A stretch of 64,000 bases of DNA from Vicugna vicugna (lineage: Eukaryota), in contig MU058010.1 of NCBI GenBank assembly GCA_013265495.1, forward strand, positions 347,145-411,144. Direction: 5' to 3'. The notes beneath the pieces were generated by a model. It ran no database searches and was not told the origin of the DNA. It saw nothing but the letters and a program-made list of their open reading frames with translations. Positions 43,875 to 55,510 of the stretch are shown here, in pieces (within the stretch, counting starts at the first letter, position 1; every line of letters starts with the position of its first letter). Made by a program: the position numbers and the translations under genes.

Positions 43875-44434
43875 GATATCTAAATAACTTTAAGTCACTA
43901 GTCAGTTAGGAGTACAATTTACTTAATGTTTTAAGTATACTTGCATAACTGGAGATCATTCTATAATGCCAAATTACAGAAAGTTTAACTTTTGCCTTCT
44001 TGCAAGGAAATTTATCAAGAGTTTTACTTATCATGAATAATGCAGAAGTATATTCTATTGATTTCAATCCTTTTTTCCTTTTTATCAATATGAATAATGT
44101 GTTCTCTCATCTTTTTCCTTCCATATACCCTGTTTCCTTCTGATGTTCGTGGTAAATTGAAAGGCTGAAAAAACTCAATTTGAGGAAGTTTAGATCTAAT
44201 GTCATGTTGTGATTTAGATATTTTTGAAATATTTTAAGTAGCAGATAAAGACTTTATAAACTGATGTGACTAGTCACCTTAATTTCAAGAGTTGATGTAT
44301 ATTAAAAATTAACCATGCTTGAGAAACTAAAATTTCCTTTAGAAATACTACAGGGTTTCAAAATCAAAACTGAATTTTTCACAATCACTACTTGGGTAAG
44401 TATTTTCCAGACCCAAAGTAAAAATGACAAGAGA

Positions 44435-44466
44435 GTGTGTGTGTGTGTGTGTGTGTATGTGTGTGT
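44435..44466. repeat. (TG)n microsatellite
   Basis: Visible GT/TG dinucleotide run with one interruption. Confidence 0.9.
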
Positions 44467-47379
44467 ACATATACATATATACATAAAAACTAATAGCATC
44501 AAGATTGGTGCTGCTTAGTTTAAGGTTCCTTTGAATTCAATTATCTTTGGTTTCACTAATTTTGTCGCTTAATCTCTAATGAGTAATTGAAGTAATAAAC
44601 TTTTTTTAATTTCCAGAAACTAATGTTGAGTTGCTTTCCAAACCATTCTGTGAAATTAGAGACTGGTATCATTTGCGTTATAATTAAATATTACTACTAT
44701 TGCATTATTAAAAACCCACATGGACTTCAGAATTCTATATGAAAGGATAACCCACTTCTAAACAAGCTCTTATAAATAAACAATCCTAGTATTTTATTTT
44801 AAAACAGAGATACCGGAAATAAAATAACTACTTTTCCTCTTTCTATCTCTTCTCCCCCGAGATTCAGCAAATCACAAAATTATTATTTGGGAAATCACAA
44901 AATTATTATTTGTCTTGTCATAGGTTTTATTGTACTGTATGCCTTCAGTTTAATTGTGAATTAGTTCAATTTTAGCTTTCTTCACTGTCTCTTTTGGGAA
45001 ATAGCATAAAAATGCACTCCAGCAGCAATCAATTCAGGCTAATATGTTTATTTCCTTCCATATCTTTCCTACCTACCCATTTTCTTCTTTTATTAAGCAG
45101 AATGCCTTTATCACTACGTTTGAAAAGGTTGGTTTTTTAAAACTAAAATCTTGGTTATCCATCAAATAATACATTTGCAGCACCTTCTCATTTGGCAAAG
45201 TATGCTTTTTTAAGACCAAATTTGTTTTTGCAGAGTTATATCAGTGCCATCATTCTTAGCTCCCCTGCCCCATTTTATCGTGTTAAAATATTCATATGTG
45301 ACAGTTTATTGTAATCATTAAGAACTGTTCATCGAGGTACTCATTATTGTTCCCTATAGATAGAAAGTACTGTAGAAAAGGCTTTGCTTGCATACAGTTT
45401 CTGATAATACACTGTGAGTGTACTAATTATGAAGCTCAGGTGTCTGGGACATAAAACCTGAGATAAATTCCTGAGCTTAGAGTGAGTAGAATCCTGCTCA
45501 GCAGAAAGTCTCAGGACCTATCCATACTTGTGTTCACATGACACAGAGGCTGAATGATGTCAGCTTCTTGAAAGGTATGCAGCTCATAAAAAGCAACCAG
45601 CAGGAAATCAGAAACAGGAAGGATGAGGCTTTGTTGGAAACAATTTTTCATTCTGAGTACAATTATACTCCATGGACAGGAAAGCTACTACATCCTGTCG
45701 CTAAATATCACAACCTAGAAGCCTCTAATGAACTGATTAGCATTCATGTATCTCTTGGAAGTCAGATATATGAACAGTTGGTGCACTTTGCTATTGACAA
45801 AGCTTATAATCATAAATATTCTTTGCTGAGATTAGATTGCACTCGTTTGCTTTTCATCTTAGTTAGACATACTAGTTTCGAAGTAATTAAATTCATTCAT
45901 TGCAAAGCTTTGTTTACTTTAATTAGGACTGACAACAAGTCAGATTTTGAATATTAAATGCATTTATACAGATCTTATTAAAATAGCAAAGTGTGAGCTT
46001 CTTAGATCTTAGACAGTGGAAGAATTTGGATGCTAAGTGCACGATGAATAAAAATGTGTTTAACAAAGTTTAGGTTATTATCAAGAAAGCTTTGTTTATG
46101 TTTTAAGTATCAGTGCCTATTAATTGCAGCACATATCAAATGTTAGTCTGTACTTCAATATAAAAATGTTTGTGTGTATCAACCAATTCTGAAAGACTAT
46201 GTGTGTTATCTGAGTTGCTAAGGATGCATTTTTACAAGTAGATACAGATACTCAGTATAAACAATCATGATTTAGTGAACTATTAAATAATCTGTTAATT
46301 GAATTGTTTTAAATTATAATGATATAATTTTGTTATAATTTCATGGAATGAAATTTCACAAATAGCATTCAGTTATAGTATGTTGATTGTATTTTTATCC
46401 TCTCGGTAGTTCCTTTCTTTCTGTTCACATCTTAATATTAAAAAATGCAAATTTAGTACATTCTTTAAAAGGCACGCACAGTTATTTCATATATATCACA
46501 TTGACTTTTTAGTAATAATTATGTTACTTTTTGATTGCTAAGCCTGGTCAGAAATATAATTAGAATTGAGTAGTTTCACTGTAAATAGCTTGAAAAATGT
46601 GTAACATGATTCGAGGTGGGGTCATCAATATTTGTTGTTATATATAAAGTATTATATGTGAGGTGTATATACCTATTAAATTCTCATCAGTGAGAAAATC
46701 CTAGGATTTGTGTCATGAGTGCCTGTTCCTTTCTTTTGATCTTTAAATTCTGGAGTATTTCTTATTTTAAGGAAAATAACAAATAGATCCTAGAGCATCA
46801 CCCTTGAAATTCTCCTTGCACAAGCCTCTACCTTTCACTTTCCTTCTTGTCCTACCACTTTTCCCTTGTCTTTTAGAAAAAATCATTATGCTAGACCTTT
46901 TTATGTTTTTGTATTTGTCACACAACTGCTGTGACAAATTATTTGACTTTCCCATGTTATCTTTAAATTTCATCATTGCAATCCCACTTTATTTTCACAC
47001 TTTCTTTTTTGTTGTTCCCCTGCATAACAATATTTTAGGCATTTCTGAAGTCACTACATAGATGCTGTAATTATCCCAATAAATTCCTTGAGAGGAAGAC
47101 TTCCATCTCACTTATATCTATATTCCACCCTGCATAAAGCACAGCATTTTTCACATAAGGGAATTCAGTACATTTTTATTTAATTGAACTGTGGTTAGGA
47201 AGTATAGAAGAGTGGAATGGGTGAAATGTAAACTTATATGATACCTGGTCCATTTGCAAGAATAGGAAGTTGGGTAGTCGGCTGATTTGTAAGAGCAGAT
47301 TTTTTTTTTTTGAATTAGTCTTCTCTCCCTCCTTTTTTCTGCTTTTTCTCTCACCTGTGTTCCATTTAACCCATTCTTA

Positions 47380-47780
47380 ACAAACTTAAAACTCAGGTTA
47401 TAATATCCTGTTCATCGTCCTCTATGAATCAGCAAACTTGTACTCGTCTTTTTCTTCTCTGCAGTCTTGCTGTGCCCTACGACAGCAGGTGCTCTACGAC
47501 ATCGTGCTACTGCTGTCTTACAGTCATGCCTCAGTCACTGTCACCTTTCTTAGCCAGGACTTCCCTGAGTGCCCATCCTAGTCTCTGTTATTCTATGTAA
47601 CATCCCAAACTTTTGATTTCTTCATCATACTTACTACTGCCTGAATAGCTAATTCATTTACCTCTTTATTATCTGTCGCCACTCTAGAAAGCATCTTACA
47701 TGAAAGCAGGGACTTTGCTTACCTTGTCAACTACTGTTTTCCCTCATGCCTAGCAGAGGGGAACTCAGTGGAGTCCAATG
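47380..47780 (+). mobile_element. L2 LINE 3' fragment
   Basis: gtcacctttcttagccaggacttccctga and ccactctagaaagc...catgaaagcagggactttg...tgcctagcaga. Confidence 0.6.
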
Positions 47781-48841
47781 ACTGTTTAGGGACTGGCTGC
47801 CTGAATGCCTGCCTGCTTGGCTGGCTGGATCCTGGTTGCTTAAGATGATCTATAAAAGGTTTTAGACATTGTGAACTGATTGAAGCTGGTTCTGTAAGAT
47901 GATTAATGGAAGTAATAGACATCCTGGGTGGGGAAGTGCAATAATGAGGGCAAAACATGAGAATAAATGTAGAATGTATTTGTGCCGGGTGGTTTGAGAA
48001 TGAGCAGTTCTTGCTGACCAGGAGTTAAATCCCAAATCTCAGTCTGGCTACTTAATTGGCCAGCACCAGATATTTGTGGTTCGCCATGCGTGAACGCAGA
48101 TCTGGCTGTCATGTACCTTTCAAATGGGAAAATTACAGAGATTCAAGCAGAAACTCATCAGAATTTGGCCTTAGTCCTGGAAGAGGAAAAGAAAATAGAT
48201 TTCACAGAAATATCAAGTAGTTGAATATATATCAATATTTCTATAGTGAATTTTATCAAATCTTTATTTCGTTGAGTAGCTCACCTATTTCTAAAACTCT
48301 TTACCAATATAGGACTTGATGCTGGGGAAAAGATAATAAAGCCTTATTACTACTTCTGACATGGCATTTCCTTCTAACCAGAGTTTAACAATTGTCACAA
48401 AAACACTTGGTGTTTGTTTTTTCTTTTGAATGCAGATGATTTTTTTTTATCTGAATGTTTCCCCATCCCTTAATGAGAGATAACCGATTACTAATGGTGG
48501 AGAGTGTGATGTAACCATTTATTCCATTCCATCAGACAATCATTTTACACTTCTGAGAATTTATTTGGTTACTTCCAAAATTTTTTCTGTTCAATCACAA
48601 TTTTACCATTTTTGTGGATAATTCCAGTTATTCGAAGCTCCACTTATTTCCTTTGGAAGCAAGTTGTTTTATAGATAACAATGATAAGAAAATCAATTTA
48701 TAAAGCTCTCTAGCTGTTAGAACATGTGATTTCCATGGTTTTAGCTCTTGGACTTCTTTACCATCACACCTTTTAATAGGATTGTACTGTTTTTATTAAG
48801 TCTATCTAGGCATAATATGATTTCTGATTTTCATTAACTTT

Positions 48842-48993
48842 AAAAATTTTTTTAAATTAATTTTTGGAGAGATAATTAGGTTTATTTATTTTAATTATTA
48901 TTACTTTGTTAAATGGAGGTACTGGGGATTGAACCCAGGACCTCCTGCACGCTAAGCATGCACTCTACCACTGAGCTATACCCTGCCCACTAC
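48842..48993 (-). mobile_element. tRNA-Ala-derived SINE (camelid vic-1-like), inside the U12 intron
   Basis: tggaggtactggggattgaacccaggacctcctgcacgctaagcatgcactctaccactgagctataccc. TSD ttcattaacttt at 48830-48841 and 48994-49005. Confidence 0.93.
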
Positions 48994-49295
48994 TTCATTA
49001 ACTTTTGATTCTTACCTGACATTCTTAAAAGTGGCATTGAATAATACAGCTTTATTTTAACCTATTTACCAAACCTATTACTGTGAATGGGCATCTTCCC
49101 AGGTATTAGAATAAAATTACTAGTATTTGTGGAGTGCCTATTATTAAAACTCAAGGCCTTATGAGCAGTGATGGAGCAAAAAAGGAATAGCTATAGAGCC
49201 ACACAATTAGTAAAACCTGCCCAAGTAGTGTAACGTATTGTCCAGGATAGCTACTCTAATTTAGGGGGCTCTGTTAGCTGCTAACATTACATCCA

Positions 49296-49299
<4 letters not shown>

Positions 49300-49336
<37 letters not shown>

Positions 49337-49340
49337 TGTG
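49300..49340. repeat. (TG)n microsatellite
   Basis: Visible dinucleotide run. Confidence 0.9.
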
Positions 49341-50361
49341 AATGCATATATATGCAATTGTATGCATAGAAGTTCCTTGAGGTACATCAGACTTTTGAGG
49401 AAGCCTGTCACCCTTCCCACCAAAGTTTAGGAATGATGACGCTAGGGTGAAATGAGTAATTGGCACCAATGTAGTTGCAGGTAATTAGACTTAATACAGC
49501 TAAGAAGGTGGAACTCAGCATTTAGAGAAGGGGCTGACAATCAGAGGTGACCACCCTCCAAAATGTGGCAAGAGCAAAGCACTACTAGGGGATTGGACTA
49601 GGAGGGAAAACAAACAGCTTCATTAGAGAGTACAATGAAATACAGATGCTGTGTGTTCAGGACAACAAATGATCACTCAGAGTTGTAGAGATTAGAGAAG
49701 GCAGCTTCGTGAAAGGAGGATGACTTGAACCAAGCTTTGCATGATAGGTTTGGACAAGCAAAGGCAGAAAATGATTTCTCTCTTAGATAAGATTTAAGAT
49801 ATATAAATAATCCGTGTAGATATAGTCTCTATCTGGAACATAAATTTTAGGTGAGAGTTTATAGATTGGATAGGTAAACCAAGGTTGATTCTGAACTTGC
49901 TAGGTAAATGAAAGATGCTTATTGCACATAACAAATGAATCACCATATGTTCCACTTAGTGATAGTTTCTGAATGCATTTCAAATGTGATTTTTATTTAC
50001 ATAAATTCACTTCACCTACAGCATTTCACAAATACGGATGTCTCACAAGACAAAGTTTGTAGAAACCTGTCACACATATTGTTATAATTTCTTGTGATTT
50101 TGTGATTTGACTAATGTTACAAAATCTTTTGTTCATCCAAAGATTAAAAAATGTTACCACACACACACACACAAATGTTCCAACATATAAATGCGTCAAC
50201 CACTGGTACTCTTATGATCTAGATTCTTAGGAAGTATAAGGAGGCATTTTGCTATTCAGATGACTATAAACTAGCAGAAGAAAGATCGGTAGATTTTCTA
50301 AGCCCATTAAAAAACAAATCAGCTCTTGCATTAAAATCCAGACTCCTTATATGCTAGTCTA

Positions 50362-50476
50362 TTCTTTCTTCTGAAATACAGTCATTACGATGTGTCAGTT
50401 TCTGGTGTACAGCACAATGTCCCAGTCCTACATATACATACATATATTCATTTTCATATTTTTTTCATTGAAGGTT
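50362..50476 (-). mobile_element. Very short younger L1 3' end
   Basis: tgaaatacagtcattacgatgtgtcagtttctggtgtacagcacaatgtcccagtc, closely similar to 42149-42279. Confidence 0.8.
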
Positions 50477-51384
50477 TGAAATACTATATATTTAACTAAG
50501 CAGAGCATCATATGAAAAACGAAACAAAACCATGCATCGAAGGGCAATAGCTAGTCTGTGGACTGACTGTAGAGATGAGTACAGTGGAGTTGAGACTGAC
50601 TGGGATGCCTTGTTTCCTTGTGGGGAGGTTGGGTTCCAGTTGTTAAAACTCTTCTGCCCCTGGATCACCACCTGTCTGGCAGCAGTGCTACCTCTGTCTT
50701 AATCTTTCCTTCTTTTTCTCAAAACAGGGCCTGGATCAGTTTCCTTATTTCATCCTCCACTGGGGATTACTCTGACCAGAGGAACCATATCTGTTTGAAA
50801 TTATGGAAAAATTTTATTTTTAGATATAAACATTCCATTTTTAACTTCTTTCTCTTGGTCTGAGTCTAGTTACTGTTTTGTGATTGACTTAAAGAAATGT
50901 GTTAATGTCTCTTTATCCTTTTGTGTTAGAGACAATAAGGTGACTTCAGGAAGTTTAATTCTGTGTGTTCATTTCTTTGAATGTCTCTATTTAAAGCCGA
51001 AGATAATTATGACTGATGCTCTAACAGAGAGTCATCTATTCAGAATGTGGTTTGGGGATTTTACCACAAAGGAAATTCCATGGTGTGTTTAGAAAATGTG
51101 TTCTAATGTCACCACCGCATTTGCAGAAAGTCTTCTCAATCTCCGTGTACTCTGAATTAGTTGTCATAAATAAGTGAGAGAATATTATTTCTCTGTGTAT
51201 GTAATCATAGTTTTGAATCACGTGATACATAGAAGAAATTATATACCAACTTTCCAAAGGAGAAGTTAAAAGGTAGATTTACCCACATAATATAAGTTTT
51301 TAATGTAACTGTTAAAAAATTTATTGCTTTTAGAAACTTAAATAAAGCTTAAGAGTAAGTGGGCAATATAAGACCAAGTATTTA

Positions 51385-51625
51385 AATGTGCTACTAAATG
51401 CCATTCATTTTTCTAAGAACTTTACATGTGTTAATTCGTCAGTCCTCACAACAGCCCTACGAGATAGGTGATACCATTATTATTATTATCGTCATCATCA
51501 TTATTATTACCATTTTACAGGTGAGGAAATTGTGGCACAGAGAGATGATGGCATTTGTTTACCAGCACAGTACTACCAAGTGCAGGAACTAGAAACTGAC
51601 CACAGATTGCTTTGACTGCTATGCT
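51385..51625 (-). mobile_element. MIR SINE
   Basis: tcctcacaacagccctacgagataggt...ccattttacaggtgaggaaattgtggcacagagag. Confidence 0.8.
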
Positions 51626-51982
51626 TAATGCCTGTGTTACTGATTTCAACATTTATTGGAACTACTGAGCTATAACGTTAAATCGTATTGCATTATGTGA
51701 ATAAGATAGGCAAATTGGAAGAAAAATTCCCCTGAACTCAATTGTAAAAGAGAAATCTTAAATATATAAATATTTAACTTTTCTGGTCATTTTGCCAGTG
51801 TTAATCAGGAATTACACTTAAGATTTTATCACTGTACAGTGTAGATCGAATTGTAAGAATGGTTAACTGTTAGAGCTAATTTTGGCATTTTGGAGGTTTG
51901 TATTAGCGGCTAACAATTAAATTAAAACATGGGACTCACAGGGTTTCTTTTCCCCTAAAACATCACTTCGTAAATTTCAGAA

Positions 51983-51991
51983 TACCTTAAC
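51983..51991 (+). promoter_or_regulatory. U12-type branch point sequence
   Basis: TACCTTAAC versus consensus TTCCTTAAC, at the canonical short distance from the AC acceptor. Confidence 0.93.
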
Positions 51992-52001
51992 TATAATATA
52001 C

Positions 52002-52166
52002 AGCTTTGTTATCAGCGCAAAAGAACAGCATGAGAAACTTTCAAAATTACATGAAAACATGGAGAAGTTATACCAGAGCATAATGGGGTACTTTGCCATT
52101 GACGTGAGGAAGGTGTCAGTGGAAGACTTTTTGAGTGACTTGAGTAACTTCCGAACTATATTCATG
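52002..52166 (+). CDS. DIAPH3: DIAPH3 internal coding exon D (165 nt, phase 0/0), starts after a U12-type AC acceptor
   Basis: Preceded by taccttaactataatatac| and followed by donor ATG|gtatgt. Translates SFVISAKEQHEKLSKLHENMEKLYQSIMGYFAIDVRKVSVEDFLSDLSNFRTIFM, in frame with exon C when the AC at 52000-52001 is used. Confidence 0.95.
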
Positions 52167-53234
52167 GTATGTTAAAATTTTTCATCTGTTTTTTAGAAAG
52201 TATTTATGTCTACACTACTTAATCTACTGTTACTCTTACTTCATTATCCATCCCATTCCTGATGTCTGTAGTAAAACCTACTTCTCTAATGTTGAAAGTT
52301 AGCTTTCAGAATTTCAGATTTTTAAATCTATTGAAAAATGTGTGTTTTGTTCTCTTTTTGGCCTTCCCAAAATTAAGCTGTAATCAGAAATTTTGATTGA
52401 AAAAGTGACAAATTTTGAAGTTTTTCATAAAGACTCCCCTCCTGGCTGATTACAAAGCACTTTTGTAATAAGTTTTTGGCTATGAATTTGTTTCTTCATA
52501 CTTAAAATCAATTTATATTTTTGTGGTATAATTTTACCAAATTCTGTGCAGCTCTTGTGAAGCTTTTTTTCCCTTTTCTTTTCTTAATGCATTGTACAAT
52601 GTGCTACCTGTGATTTGCCTTTGAATGAGTTTTACATTCGTAGGGTTTCCTTTAGATACTTTAATAGGGAGGTGAGGTCTCTGATGTAGAATCCTTTCAT
52701 TTAGGCATTAAAAAGATCTTTTGAAAAGTATTAGCTGATTAGATGGGAGAAGAAAAACCCCATATGTATTAAAGTGAGAAAGCATTGTTGCCTCCCTGGG
52801 GAAGCTGGTGATACATTTCTACAAAAAAAGATTATGTTATTCTTAATAGATGGCTAAGTCATTTTTGTATTTCAGCAGATGTTTGTGGGGATTAAAAAGT
52901 TTTGAGGTGCAAAGAAAAAGAAGGTTGAATTTGAGGAGCTGGTTCTTTTTCATTTCAGGAAAACTTTATTGCTGAATTTATTGAACTTGGTTATAGTCAC
53001 TTGGTTGTGATCAGATAGCCTTTTCATTAAAAACTCACTATTTTAAAGGAAAACTATTCTATAATAAGTACACATTTGCTCACAGCTCTAGTTTGTTTCC
53101 TCCACAAATTCAAAGTGTTTTTTTACATTATTTTATCACTACTGGAAATAAATTTGATAATTAAATATATATATCATGTGCCTTTATGTGTGATATATTG
53201 TGTAATACACTATTTTAGTTTTTCTAATATTTTA

Positions 53235-53470
53235 CGAGGCAGCATGGCTTAGTGGAAGTAGCCACAGCTTTGCAGTTTGAGAGAGCTAAGTTTGGATTCC
53301 ACACTAGTTACATGATTTGAACACTCTTGAGCCTTCCTGAGTTTCAGTTTCCATATTTGAAAAAGGAGATGTTAATTCCTTTATCATAAAAGTATTTAAA
53401 TATTAAATGAGATAATGTATATTAAGTATTTATCATAGCTCCTGGCACATGGTAGTTGCTTAATAAATTA
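53235..53470 (+). mobile_element. MIR SINE
   Basis: gaggcagcatggcttagtgga...ctgagtttcagtttcc...attaaatgagataatgtat...cctggcacatggtag. Confidence 0.8.
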
Positions 53471-53471
53471 T

Positions 53472-54023
53472 TACGCAGTGAAAGCTTAACTCAGTGAGCT
53501 TGAGGTAGTCAAACCCTGTGCATTTGAAAGAACGTACTGGCCTTTGACTGGCCCTGGGGAGATGACCCTTAAGTCCTTGGCAAATCCTGCCTGGTAAGGC
53601 TGTCTTTGTATACCTGAGGCCTTGGGCCTGGCTAGTTTGTGTGAGAAGTGTGATTCATGGTGAACACCTATTTTTGTTTCCTGGGGCTCTGGGTCACACT
53701 GGGTTGGTTTGTCCTCTGTGAGGTACTGGAGACTGAGTAGCTAAGGGATAGGAGGTCTGCATTCATGCCTACATGACTGACCTCCTCAATAAGACTCTGG
53801 ACACCAAGGCTTAGGTGACCTTCCTGGTTGGCAGTACATCTTATGTGTTGTCACACATTGTGGCTGGAATAATGAAACTCCACTGGGAGAACACAACTGT
53901 GATTCTAATCTGTATCCTTTCACTGTAATAAACTGTAACAGTGAGTATGACAACTTTTCTGAGTTCTGTGAAGCCTTCCAACAAATTATCAAACCTGAGA
54001 GTGGTCTTCGGGACCCATGACAG
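53472..54023 (+). mobile_element. MER77-like solo LTR
   Basis: Starts gcagtgaaagcttaactcag, contains tcctgcctggtaaggctgtctttgtatacctgaggccttgggcc and a gtaataaactgtaac poly-A signal, ends gtggtcttcgggacccatgaca. aattat occurs on both flanks. Confidence 0.82.
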
Positions 54024-55339
54024 AATTATGCATGAAATTTTGAAATGCATATATAAAATAATAATAACCATCAGATATTGAAGTATTTTCTATGAGCCAG
54101 ACATTTTTCCAAATGCCTTATGTGTATTATCTCATAATAATCCAATCTTCATAATAAGTCTGTATCTTTTTGTAGATTTTCTACAGTCTTTTGTAGATTT
54201 TCTTCATGAATGTAGACCTCCCTTTTTGCTGTTACTATGCCTCTGTGACAGATGAAGAAAGAGACCAAGGTCTCTTTGTTTGTAAGTGATTGAATTGGGA
54301 TTTGAATCCGGATTTAATTCCTAATCTTCCTGAGATCTGGTGGGAGTTCTGTACGTAACGTGGCGTTTCTGTTCCTAAATGGTGGGCAGTGAGAGAAAGT
54401 GTTTGAATGCGGAAAGGTTCAAAATGGAGTGTAACAGAGTGACAGCTATACTTTGTCTATTTCAGAGTTCACATGGGTCCTACAAGTAGCTGCTATCACA
54501 TACACACACACACACATACTTAAACACACTCAGATACACATTGTACTAAATTAAAATTTTTAGAGGTAAATATACAGAACACTTTAAATAATTTGGAAAG
54601 GAAGTTTTCTTTAGATAAAAAGACTGTAATGGAAGTGCAGTTTCTCAACACAAATTTTTCTTCCTTTCTTTCTGGCAAATATGGTTATACGGCTTGAATT
54701 TTAGATGCTGTATCTTTAAAAAGACTGACAGAAATTACCGACAAGTGTCTTTTGTCAATGTCTTCTGATCTCTTAGGTTGCTATTTAATTCCATACTATT
54801 CAGCCTTAGAAACTACATAAATTTCAGTGAGCTAGTTTGAAATTGTTAGGAATAGATGTGGACCTTTAATGTATCGAAGGTCTGTTCTGGAAAGCCACAT
54901 TAATACAACAGGCAAAAATACATATTTTCTCATTAAGAAATTACTGTTAAATTATGTTTACATTATTAAATATTTTTGATAGGTTAACATGTTTACATTG
55001 TTACTTCATCTACTGGCGTTCATGACCCATAGTCATGAGTGAGCAGCCCATTTTACCATAAAGTATAGGTCCGTTTTGTATTTCATATAGGGAGTTGGAA
55101 CACTGTCCTCATTGTACACCTGCCCTCCACTATGGCAGCCTTCCATGGAATGTTTTCTCTCAAGTTCAGTCCTCTCTGCTTGCTGTTCCCCATGCCTGGA
55201 GCACTCCTTCCATATTTTGCCCAGCTAAATCATCCTGCTCACCCCTCTGATCTCTGCTCAGACTTCACTTCATCTAGTGACAGATGTGTCCATCTACAGT
55301 GACTGACATTCTCTTAGAGCTAATGCATAGACTGTCAAC

Positions 55340-55510
55340 CAAGGGCCAGGTGCTCTTTTCATTCACTTAATCCTTACAACAACAAACAGATGTGATATGG
55401 GTACTGCAATTATTCCCATTTTACAGATGCGGAGACTGAGGCTTAGACTGTGACTTGCATGTCATTACACAGCTAATAAGTGACTGAGCAGAGATGCTAA
55501 CCCAGGGAGT
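55340..55510 (-). mobile_element. MIR SINE
   Basis: cttaatccttacaacaac...tattcccattttacagatgcggagactgaggcttaga...cacagctaataagtg. Confidence 0.8.

Larger units (their letters stand above)
43866..52001 (+). other. DIAPH3: U12-type (minor spliceosome) AT-AC intron, 8136 nt
   Basis: The 5' end ATATCCTTT fits the U12 donor consensus RTATCCTTT. A TACCTTAAC branch motif lies at 51983-51991, ending 10 nt before the intron end, with terminal AC and no pyrimidine tract in between. Splicing restores the FH2 frame (...TKMS|SFVIS...). Confidence 0.95.

Noticed and set aside
45550..45660. Possible intronic C/D box snoRNA (atgatg ... ctga)
   Set aside because: The C box is imperfect, there is no terminal stem and no recognisable rRNA guide.
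52004..52166. Modelling exon D with a canonical AG acceptor and a GT-AG intron
   Set aside because: There is no GT donor at the end of exon C, and joining 43865 to 52004 breaks the frame. The AT-AC model fits both the protein and the U12 consensus.
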